NCBI GenBank assembly: GCA_964384035.1
Contig: CAYLIB010000001.1
Span: forward strand, 135,636 to 199,635
DNA length: 64,000 nucleotides
Source: an uncultured Candidatus Saccharibacteria bacterium
GTDB taxonomy: Bacteria > Patescibacteriota > Doudnabacteria > UBA920
Reading direction: 5' to 3'
Part shown: one piece after another, positions 19,360-27,344 of the stretch
Layout of the letters: each line of letters starts with the position of its first letter
How positions within the stretch are numbered: the stretch's first letter is position 1
The notes under the pieces: model-generated
Database searches by the model: none
The model's input: the letters and a program-made list of their open reading frames with translations, nothing else
Told to the model about the DNA's origin: nothing
Position numbers and translations under genes: made by a program

Positions 19360-20325
19360 CTACGCCAAAGCGTTGAGTGCCTCGACAACTTTGTCGAGAT
19401 TCTCCGCGCCATGGACCGTAGCCTTGCCCGGGATCCCGCTGGCGGTGAGGCCGGCGGCTTTCAGGGTTTCGAGCAGGTCAGTTTTGCCAAGCTGCGGGTG
19501 CTGGCCGTTGCACCCAACCACGACGACTTCGCCTTCACCAGCCTTGGCGCCGGTGATTGCGACGAACGGCGCCCATTTGTAGCCAGCGAACATCGCGTTC
19601 GTCTGGTTAATCTCAACCCCAACGGGCTGCGAGATAACCAAAACGTTTCCGCGCAGTTCGGCAGCTGCAAGCGCCGCGTTCGTCGCCGCCTCAATGGCTT
19701 TGCCTTCGGCGAGCCGGGCTTCGAAAGCCGCGGTCGCTTCGGCATCGCCCAACAGGTGGCGAATGACGGTAACGCGAAACGCGTTGTCCGCAATCCGCGC
19801 CTTCACGGCGTTGTCAACGCCCGTAGCCAAAGCCTTCGCTTCGGGGCCAACTTCGAGCTGGCGGTTATCGGCCCAGTCGCCAGCCACAACCCACAGCTGA
19901 GGCATGGCCGCAAACTCGCCGCCCACGATGCTCGCGGCCGACAAATGTCCCTCACCCTTGCCAGGGGTGAAGAACAGTTCGGAGGCCAAACCAAGCTCAT
20001 CGCGAAGCTTGGCCCACAAGTCGGCACCGTGCTCATCGAAACATCCGACGAGCCGTGAGCCAATCGCACGAACGAGTTCTGTGGTCATGCCCGGCTCCCG
20101 GTTGTTCACCGGAAGACCGATCAAGACAACCTCGTCGTCCTCGGCCAACTCAGCCACCGCTTTTCGCGCCGGCGATCCCTCGCCCACCTGGAAGGCTTGC
20201 GTGAAGACCACGCGCGCCTCTCCAGCCGCGACTTGCGCCGCGGAAATGCCGCGTGCCAGGAGATACCCGGCAACGGCAAGCAAAGTGGAAGGTGAACCGG
20301 CAGCGATCACTAATAATTTTTTCAC
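19360..20325 (-). CDS. DHH-superfamily-like protein, GC-rich (cargo)
   Basis: 321 aa; beta-strand followed by FDEH in place of DHH; SAAS segment and DHHA1-like C-terminal region; family call tentative. Confidence 0.55.
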   Translation of the reverse strand: MKKLLVIAAGSPSTLLAVAGYLLARGISAAQVAAGEARVVFTQAFQVGEGSPARKAVAELAEDDEVVLIGLPVNNREPGMTTELVRAIGSRLVGCFDEHGADLWAKLRDELGLASELFFTPGKGEGHLSAASIVGGEFAAMPQLWVVAGDWADNRQLEVGPEAKALATGVDNAVKARIADNAFRVTVIRHLLGDAEATAAFEARLAEGKAIEAATNAALAAAELRGNVLVISQPVGVEINQTNAMFAGYKWAPFVAITGAKAGEGEVVVVGCNGQHPQLGKTDLLETLKAAGLTASGIPGKATVHGAENLDKVVEALNALA

Positions 20326-20624
20326 GAAAGTTTCCTTTTCCCGCTCTGCCTTTTCTTTCCAGATGGAGCCACCTGGTTCGGCATTGCAGGGAAAGGTTTT
20401 ACTGTGTTCGTTTCATTCCTCACCAACCAAAGTTAGTGGGGGACACGACTCACAGCAAGTAGAGAAAGATTTTGGAAACATATCCGCAATCTCGGCTACA
20501 AAATGCAAAGCAATTTTCACACCTGCACCGCTTTAGCGCCTGCAGTCTCTACCCCCAGATGGCCCCTTCGCCTTGGGGAAACCCCTTAGAAAAGTGTTTC
20601 GCGTCCTCGGGACTTTTGCCCTAC

Positions 20625-21707
20625 TTACGCAACTCTTCTAAGTTGAAAAGGAACAACTGTCTTTCGTGAAGAATTATCCGCATGTGTGGTAACCCACACG
20701 CGGTTGCTTTGGCAGTAACTCTTAACTATCTGAATTACTGCTTCAAGGCTTAGCGACGAACTCTCGGTCCGGTTCGAGCCGATTATAGTCATATGGTTAG
20801 GTCCACCCCAACCTTTGACCGAATCGGCGGATTCGAGTTGCTTACAAAGTTCATCCAGTCTTTCCCCACCGGTTATGGTAAACTTCGCAAAACCGTTTTG
20901 AACGAACTCTGGTTTAACCCCGAGTTGTTCAAAGAGGGGAACAACGTTGCAGTATTTCACCACTCTATTTTCAAGAGGGTGATTTACTTTCGCGTCGAAG
21001 ACCGGATCGAACGAAATGGTAATGTGCGGAGCCCGCCCTTTACTATTTCGCAACCCTTCCATCAAGCCCGGTGTGCCAAACCAAGAAGAATTAATGGCAG
21101 CTATTACAAAGCCATTAACTTCAAACCATTTCACTTGCTTCGCAACTTCCGAAGCGTAAGATTCATGGTTTTTCTTGGCCGTAAGCCAGTTTTCAAACTC
21201 AAGATAGTTTTCAATCAACACGTTCATCGACCGGTAAGGGTCAATCTCGTGCCGAACAATACTATCGAAGAGTCGAAACCCAGCTCTCAGTTGCTCAATT
21301 GGATCCTCGTTACAAAGGAGGAGTCCAGCAAGCAGCCAGGCAAATGTAGGCCCGTCGCTACGCTCATGGCGACTTTTCCTGCCTGCGTCAAACTCGCCAA
21401 CATATTCAACTATTGGCCAAAGTAGCTTCCGCCACCCCGCACCAAAAGTTTCCATATGCTGGTAAGCTTGAAGGCAAGCCGGGCGCATTTCTGTGCCCCC
21501 GCCATGATGGTCAAAATTCATAAGCCACACCTGTCCGCTACCCCCACACTCTATGCAGAGCACTTGGGAGTCGCTCAAGTCTTGGCCGGAAGCCGATCCT
21601 CTCACTACTTCAATTGGCAAACTAAAGACTTGCGTCCCAGCTACCAAAAAAGCAGTAAGCATAGTATCTGGATCGACTCTCGAAACAACGATTTTTTTAA
21701 TCTTCAT
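20625..21707 (-). CDS. DHH-superfamily phosphoesterase (cargo)
   Basis: N-terminal DPD, IECGGSG and NFDHHG motifs, C-terminal GWGG; SD AGGAG before ATG 21707. Confidence 0.7.
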   Translation of the reverse strand: MKIKKIVVSRVDPDTMLTAFLVAGTQVFSLPIEVVRGSASGQDLSDSQVLCIECGGSGQVWLMNFDHHGGGTEMRPACLQAYQHMETFGAGWRKLLWPIVEYVGEFDAGRKSRHERSDGPTFAWLLAGLLLCNEDPIEQLRAGFRLFDSIVRHEIDPYRSMNVLIENYLEFENWLTAKKNHESYASEVAKQVKWFEVNGFVIAAINSSWFGTPGLMEGLRNSKGRAPHITISFDPVFDAKVNHPLENRVVKYCNVVPLFEQLGVKPEFVQNGFAKFTITGGERLDELCKQLESADSVKGWGGPNHMTIIGSNRTESSSLSLEAVIQIVKSYCQSNRVWVTTHADNSSRKTVVPFQLRRVA

Positions 21708-22379
21708 CGATGCTCCTAAAGCTTGATCCAGACGGATCGATTTCAATTTACTCAAACGCGTTGTTTGAGCTTAGGCTGTTATCCAGCCAAAAAAATACCC
21801 ATTCTTATGGGTGCTTGTTTGTTTGGATAATATATTTCCACGCTCGAGACTAAACCGAGCTTCATTTAATTCTTATGTTGTATTTTGTATTCAGTATTTG
21901 CACCACCGGGTTACGCATTCGTCCACGCAAAACAAATACAACGTAACTACTTTCACCCGCTGCAAGCTTCACTCTCGTGAACCCGCCGCTTGGATTACTA
22001 ATAACTACCCCCACACTCATTGCCGAATATGGGATAAATTTACAAAATCACTATTTTTCAAAGTTCATCCCGCACATACACTTGTGTGAAGAAGTGCTAG
22101 CAAGGAATGACCCCCTCACCTGTCTTTTTCCTTCTCTCTCGAGAGCAAAAACAGACGAAGGGTCGCACTCATTGCTAAGCTTTTCCTAGGTAAACATTTT
22201 CCCTTCCATAAATTCGGAAGAAATAGCGTCATACTTTCGGGCTCTAGCAGAACCGGTGGTTCGCCTAGGGCGAACAGGGGATAGGTAAGTGTGGTTAACA
22301 GTTACTCGCTCCTTTTCCCAGATTCCTGTTGCCTGACGGCAACTGTACGCACCTGTCGTACTAATTAAGTTGTAAATAT

Positions 22380-22615
22380 TTATGGGATCTCTCTCTAATA
22401 TGAGGTTCTATAGAGGGATCTGTTGTAAAAGCCTTAGGCCACCATGTATGTATATGTGGATGGGGATTTACAACATATCTCTTTCTATAAAACAAAAGCG
22501 GTGTATATATTCCTCTCTATATAGAGAGAAATACGTACATCGCTTTTCTTGTGCCCTATATGTCACGGTGGGCTACCGCTCTCTCTAATGGACTATTTGA
22601 CTATCAGTAATTTTT
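22380..22615 (-). ncRNA. Structured leader RNA type 1 (copy A)
   Basis: 54-nt hairpin 22494-22547, multi-stem 22407-22489, and an 11-nt direct repeat at 22389 and 22579; shares elements with 53490-53645. Confidence 0.55.
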
Positions 22616-22626
22616 ATTTAAATATC

Positions 22627-22655
22627 AGTATACAATAAATTCAGAAAAATGTCAA
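22627..22655 (-). promoter_or_regulatory. sigma70 promoter of cargo operon A
   Basis: TTGACA-17-TATACT on the minus strand. Confidence 0.75.
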
Positions 22656-22733
22656 TATTAATGTGTCATAAAATAGTAAAATTTAATTACATCCAATAAA
22701 ATATATATAAAAATCTAAATAAAATTAAATAAA

Positions 22734-22756
22734 TTTGTCATAAAAATCTTGACAAA
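22734..22756. promoter_or_regulatory. Putative TrmB operator palindrome
   Basis: TTTGTCA-N9-TGACAAA just upstream of TrmB1. Confidence 0.5.
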
Positions 22757-22785
22757 AATAATCAAACCTGCTAATATGTAACCAT

Positions 22786-23658
22786 ATGGAACCCCAAAAC
22801 TCACAAATAAATAACCAGGATCAGCCCATTCCACACTCAGGTCCAAAACAAGAAGAGGGGCAAAATAGAACAAAAAAAGGTGTAGCTTCTAAAGCAAACT
22901 ACACGCAAGTTCTTATGCAAGCAGGTTTAAATGGTTCTCAGGCCCTTATTTACGAAACCTTACTAAAAACTGGCCCCTTAAAAGCCAGTAGTTTAGCCAC
23001 AAGAACCCCATTCAAACGTCAACTTACTTATAAGCTCTTAGAAGAACTAGTAGAAATAGGTCTGGTAGTTAAGCAGGAGCAAAAAGGGAAAGTAGCCATT
23101 TTCGAACCAGCGCATCCCCTAAAGTTAAAAGACTTTATAGAAAAACAACAGGAAAAAGCCAAAGCTGCCGAATTAGCCGTAAGTGGCATGATGGAAAAAC
23201 TAACCCTAGACTACAATTCAGTATTTGGTCGTCCCGGTGTTAAGTTCTACGAAGGAAAAGAGGGGATTATAAAAATCTACGAAACCTTATTAGAAAACGG
23301 AAAAAATATAGACAGTATAGAAGACAAAGGCGAAATGGCTAGTTTTATACCAGAATATTCCAGGCAATACCCAAAGCTAAGAGTAAAAAGAAATATTTTC
23401 AATAGAGTTATCGCTCCGTCAGATAATCCTATAAACGAATCCAGCAAAGTGCTCATGAGAGAAACCAGATCCATCCCCACAGAATCATTCCCGTTTCGCA
23501 TGGACATAAAAATTGCTGGTCAGCTAGTTAGTCTAATCACATTTCATAAAGATAACCCCGTAGGTATTCTTATAGACAACCCAGAAATAGCCGACAACTT
23601 TAAAATCCTATTCGATTTAATTTGGAGATCATCAGAAAAAAATAAACCCGCTTTATAA
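22786..23658 (+). CDS. TrmB-family transcriptional regulator (TrmB1)
   Basis: N-terminal winged HTH (GL...QALIYETLL..G...AS.LA...R..TY..LEEL...GLV), RPGVKFYEGKEG linker and C-terminal sensor domain. Confidence 0.9.
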   Translation: MEPQNSQINNQDQPIPHSGPKQEEGQNRTKKGVASKANYTQVLMQAGLNGSQALIYETLLKTGPLKASSLATRTPFKRQLTYKLLEELVEIGLVVKQEQKGKVAIFEPAHPLKLKDFIEKQQEKAKAAELAVSGMMEKLTLDYNSVFGRPGVKFYEGKEGIIKIYETLLENGKNIDSIEDKGEMASFIPEYSRQYPKLRVKRNIFNRVIAPSDNPINESSKVLMRETRSIPTESFPFRMDIKIAGQLVSLITFHKDNPVGILIDNPEIADNFKILFDLIWRSSEKNKPAL

Positions 23659-23670
23659 GCGAGTTTATTT
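23641..23670. terminator. Bidirectional terminator between TrmB1 and the MTase-like gene
   Basis: aataaacccgctt-tat-aagcgagtttatt hairpin. Confidence 0.6.
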
Positions 23671-26600
23671 TATAAAACTTCTATATGGCAACCCTTCTTC
23701 TTATACTTATTCCACAGAGTCTGGCTACTACCTTGTTTAGTAATAATCATTGAGAGAGGAACAGGTCTGTCTTGTATAGGGTCTTCACCAGATATTGGTG
23801 GACCGAATATTATCAGTACCTCTGCATCAGGATGATGTCCTTTAAAAGTATGAAGTTCTTCATAGCGGTACCTGTATCCATCATTATCTCGGAAACTGTC
23901 ATCAAGTGCTATTCCCCCCACTTCTAATCGATCATATAAATCATCGAGGAAATGAATATATTCTGCACCCCGTTTGTAAACTGTCGACCTAACAGCTAGC
24001 TCTATCGAAATCTGATTCTTTTGTATCTTCGATATTTCGGAAATATCTCCTAGCATAACATTGGGAGGGAATGCATCTAGGTGCTCATAAAAGTTTTCGT
24101 TAGCCTTTAAGAACTCTAAGGGGTTTTCTTGTAAAGCTGACAGTGCAATTTCCAGGCCTCGCGGTCTTATTTTTTTAGTGTATTCAACTTCGTTTGCAGA
24201 GATATGTACGCTGGGTCCTCCGGGGACAGCGGGTAATCCATCTAACTTCTCTGTTAGTGTAGGCCAAATAGCTTTCAAATTATTGATATTTTTATTTATA
24301 CCCGAGTAGAAATCTGTATCATAGCGCACTCCCATCTCCGTTGTCCCTGTCTTAAGGCTCAGAATTCTGTAAAGATAATCGGTAATCCGCAAACGTTCAG
24401 AGGTGTCCATTTTAGTTCCAGTACGTTCTTCCAGTTTTTCAAAATCTACAATTCTTTCAAGAACAGGTTGAAGTGAAAAGTAAACATTGTCCGCAAGTCC
24501 AAATTCCATATACCCCCGAGATAACCCAGTACCAAAACGATCTTTCATACTTTGCCCGCTTCCCGGCCCTATCTCTAGTAAGATAGGCTTAGGAAGTTCG
24601 GGATTCCTTTTAGATTTGAATTCTTCAAGTAGTCCATTTAGATCAACACCAAACCGCTCTTCGTAACTCCTAAGATCTCTATCCACACTCCAATGAAACT
24701 CAGGAACTATCTTGAGCTTTCCCTCTTGTTGCAATACTTCAAGTAATATACTTTTTGAATCACTCGTGCCCATACTTTCAAGTAATAGTTCTTGCTCTCT
24801 AGAGAAGTCACGAAGATCAACAACACCCTTCTTATTAAGTAGTTCCGCTATGTGAGAAAAATCAGATCGAAGTACCGCATCGGAAGGAACTTCCTTTTGT
24901 AGGTCGTCAGCAAGTTTTTGTATGATTTCAGTCCTAGACAATTCCGTTCCGGATTCCTTGAGTCGTCTTTTGCAGTCCATTAGGTAGTATTTACCCCTTC
25001 GTAAAAAAGATTGCAAAAGTGACTCTTCCGAAAGCGAAATATTAGGGTATAATTCATGCAACCTCGTTAGGGCATTAGCGATTCTCACCTGAATTGTTTC
25101 TGTGTAAGTACGGTAAGAGCCAAATAGAAGCTTAGTATCTTCCTCAGAAGTGCACAGATCTGCTAGCTCAAGTATAGTATGTCCATACTCCGTATCTTCA
25201 GATGCAACTAAAAATGACCTAAGTATATCCTCTTTTGCCTCAGGATGATTACTTAGCGTATATTTTAGTTTATCCGCCGTAGTCTTATCGCCTTCGTCAG
25301 CGAGAAATCTAAGTAAGTGAAGCTGTGTACGCAGTGGTAATTCGGAAATGCTTATGCCATAGCGAGAATTAATAGACTCCGTAATATCAGGTGAGTGTAA
25401 ATGTTTAAAAAGAAGTGGTAGATTCCTTTGAGGTAACCCATATGGGTTGTAATCAGGATCTCTTTGCAAATTTTCGTAAGGTACAAAATGAGCATCTATA
25501 GGGGTGTAATCAATATGCGACTCTAATTTTTTCGCGAACTCATGAATGTCTTCTACAAGCTCATTTTTATGTTGTTTAATATATCCCCATTCCGAAATAT
25601 AGGTACGGACCGCGGTTGTTCTTTTTGTATCTACTTCAATGCTTTTTTGTAAATCCGTAAGTTTATTTTTATATACACGCGCATTTCTATCGAAAGCAGC
25701 CAAAACAGCATTATATGAAAGCACAAGCCTTCTCCCAGCTTTAGTTAGAGCGTGTGCTTTACTACTATTTATATTTTCATCTAAATCGAGAAATCGTTTT
25801 GCATTTAAAATGCCGATGCAGTCGACCGCTATATTAAAACATTCTTCCAGACTGTTTTTTTCTTTATATCGCGAATACTCTTGCCATAGTATAGAAAGCC
25901 GTTGAATTCCGGGCTCTCTATTTTCAGAAAGAATGCTAGGCATAGTTGCTTCAAACTTTTGTAAAAATGCATCAGTCGCACCTTCATTAGTATCACCCAT
26001 TTCTTTATTGAGTCTTTCGTCCTCATCTCGTAAACTTTGGTTGAATTTTACCAGTACTTCTTGAGATGTGAGTAATTTCTGTATCCTTTCACCCAGTGCT
26101 GGAGATATCTCTCTCCACAAAGAATGTCCACTCCTTTCTACAAGCCCTATTTCAACCGCCTTATGACCTAATCGGTTTTCTATATATTCACTGTGTACAA
26201 AAAGCTCTCGCGGATGAGAAAAATTTTCAGAATTTAATTGCAGAACCGTATTAATTTCACGCTTAGAAAGCCCCTCTGTTTTTGGAAGCCTACTTGTGTC
26301 TATATGAGTAATATATTTTGGTAACCTCGAATGGTCGGTAATGGCCACCGCATCACTGGCAACCTTTAAAAAAGTATCACCTTTATATAAAGGTACATCT
26401 GGTTCCAGTTGGCGACTAAGATTCCAAGATGCTAGACGCTCAGCCTCTGTAACGCTAGCGGATAGTCTTGCTCTAGAACGTTGGGATTCATAAGTTACTA
26501 TACCGAAGCGAGGGTCATTGATCTCTTGAGATATTATTTTTAAAGCACCTCGAGATTTAGTTTCCAACAACTCTGTACGTGCATTTATCTGAATTTCGGT

Positions 26601-27263
26601 AATAAGATTTTGAATTGACTCCACAGAGCGCATAGAGTTTCCGTAGCCCAGGCCTCTAATATTTGCCGCGACTGCGACTAACTGGTCTAGGCTATCTAAC
26701 TGTTCTTCTATCGGGGCATGTGCAATAAACTTCTTAATGATTTCAGTATCACCATCATCCAGTCTTTCAATCTCCATAGTAAAAGATCTACCAAAGATAC
26801 CTTGCAATTCCTGGTTGCGACTAGCTCTAAGTGATAAAAAGAAAATATCCGAAGGGTGGAGACTTGAGACAATAGAGTTCGAGTCACTAAATAATGATTC
26901 ATGTATCGAACTAAAAGTAGTCTGAACCTTTGATCTATCAGATTCACGCCTTGAGTAATCCTCCATCGTATCTATTAAATCTTCACAAAAGAGTTTTATG
27001 AGTTTAGTGATATCAGTATTTACACCACCTATTTTTCTAAAATAGTCTACAATAACATCTCTGGGTATATTGATATTTTGGTTCTCTGACGAATTGACCA
27101 CCTTATCAAAAAGTCCATTAGCAATAATATGAATTTCCTTTCGTATCGAGGGGTCATCTAGATCTCTCATTTTTTTATCATCTCGAGCTTCTCCAGTAAG
27201 ATTCTGGTTGTTTTCAGGATTAGCAATTTCACTCAGAAATTTTGTGTCAAAATTTTCATGCAT
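23670..27263 (-). CDS. 1197-aa modular protein: shared helical domain plus C-terminal class I SAM-methyltransferase-like domain
   Basis: LLEIGPGSG (motif I), ML.GD, AVRSTVY, L.VGGI.LDD; paralogous to 49449-52463. Confidence 0.7.
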   Translation of the reverse strand: MHENFDTKFLSEIANPENNQNLTGEARDDKKMRDLDDPSIRKEIHIIANGLFDKVVNSSENQNINIPRDVIVDYFRKIGGVNTDITKLIKLFCEDLIDTMEDYSRRESDRSKVQTTFSSIHESLFSDSNSIVSSLHPSDIFFLSLRASRNQELQGIFGRSFTMEIERLDDGDTEIIKKFIAHAPIEEQLDSLDQLVAVAANIRGLGYGNSMRSVESIQNLITEIQINARTELLETKSRGALKIISQEINDPRFGIVTYESQRSRARLSASVTEAERLASWNLSRQLEPDVPLYKGDTFLKVASDAVAITDHSRLPKYITHIDTSRLPKTEGLSKREINTVLQLNSENFSHPRELFVHSEYIENRLGHKAVEIGLVERSGHSLWREISPALGERIQKLLTSQEVLVKFNQSLRDEDERLNKEMGDTNEGATDAFLQKFEATMPSILSENREPGIQRLSILWQEYSRYKEKNSLEECFNIAVDCIGILNAKRFLDLDENINSSKAHALTKAGRRLVLSYNAVLAAFDRNARVYKNKLTDLQKSIEVDTKRTTAVRTYISEWGYIKQHKNELVEDIHEFAKKLESHIDYTPIDAHFVPYENLQRDPDYNPYGLPQRNLPLLFKHLHSPDITESINSRYGISISELPLRTQLHLLRFLADEGDKTTADKLKYTLSNHPEAKEDILRSFLVASEDTEYGHTILELADLCTSEEDTKLLFGSYRTYTETIQVRIANALTRLHELYPNISLSEESLLQSFLRRGKYYLMDCKRRLKESGTELSRTEIIQKLADDLQKEVPSDAVLRSDFSHIAELLNKKGVVDLRDFSREQELLLESMGTSDSKSILLEVLQQEGKLKIVPEFHWSVDRDLRSYEERFGVDLNGLLEEFKSKRNPELPKPILLEIGPGSGQSMKDRFGTGLSRGYMEFGLADNVYFSLQPVLERIVDFEKLEERTGTKMDTSERLRITDYLYRILSLKTGTTEMGVRYDTDFYSGINKNINNLKAIWPTLTEKLDGLPAVPGGPSVHISANEVEYTKKIRPRGLEIALSALQENPLEFLKANENFYEHLDAFPPNVMLGDISEISKIQKNQISIELAVRSTVYKRGAEYIHFLDDLYDRLEVGGIALDDSFRDNDGYRYRYEELHTFKGHHPDAEVLIIFGPPISGEDPIQDRPVPLSMIITKQGSSQTLWNKYKKKGCHIEVL

Positions 27264-27344
27264 ATCCTATATTGTAACAGTAAGTACAACATAAATAACA
27301 CAAACTTGATAGATATAAAGCTCTTCTAAAGCTATAATACCCTT

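Noticed and set aside
13410-20536. Long plus-strand ORFs (e.g. 13598-14188, 14198-15013, 15930-16631, 19327-20058, 19904-20536)
   Set aside because: They are antisense shadows of GC-rich minus-strand genes that have SD sites and recognisable motifs.
21811-22200. Short ORFs between leader A and the first DHH gene
   Set aside because: Only short or interrupted frames without convincing starts; possibly a decayed gene, but no homology is recognisable.
11511-22615. Prophage or ICE interpretation of the GC-richer cargo region
   Set aside because: No integrase, terminase, capsid, tail, relaxase or transposase motifs were seen anywhere in the window, and no flanking att repeats were found for this block.
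23670-27263. DNA methyltransferase / restriction-modification assignment for the MTase-like proteins
   Set aside because: No DPPY/NPPY or PCQ catalytic motif and no adjacent nuclease; the pattern fits small-molecule or protein class I methyltransferases better.
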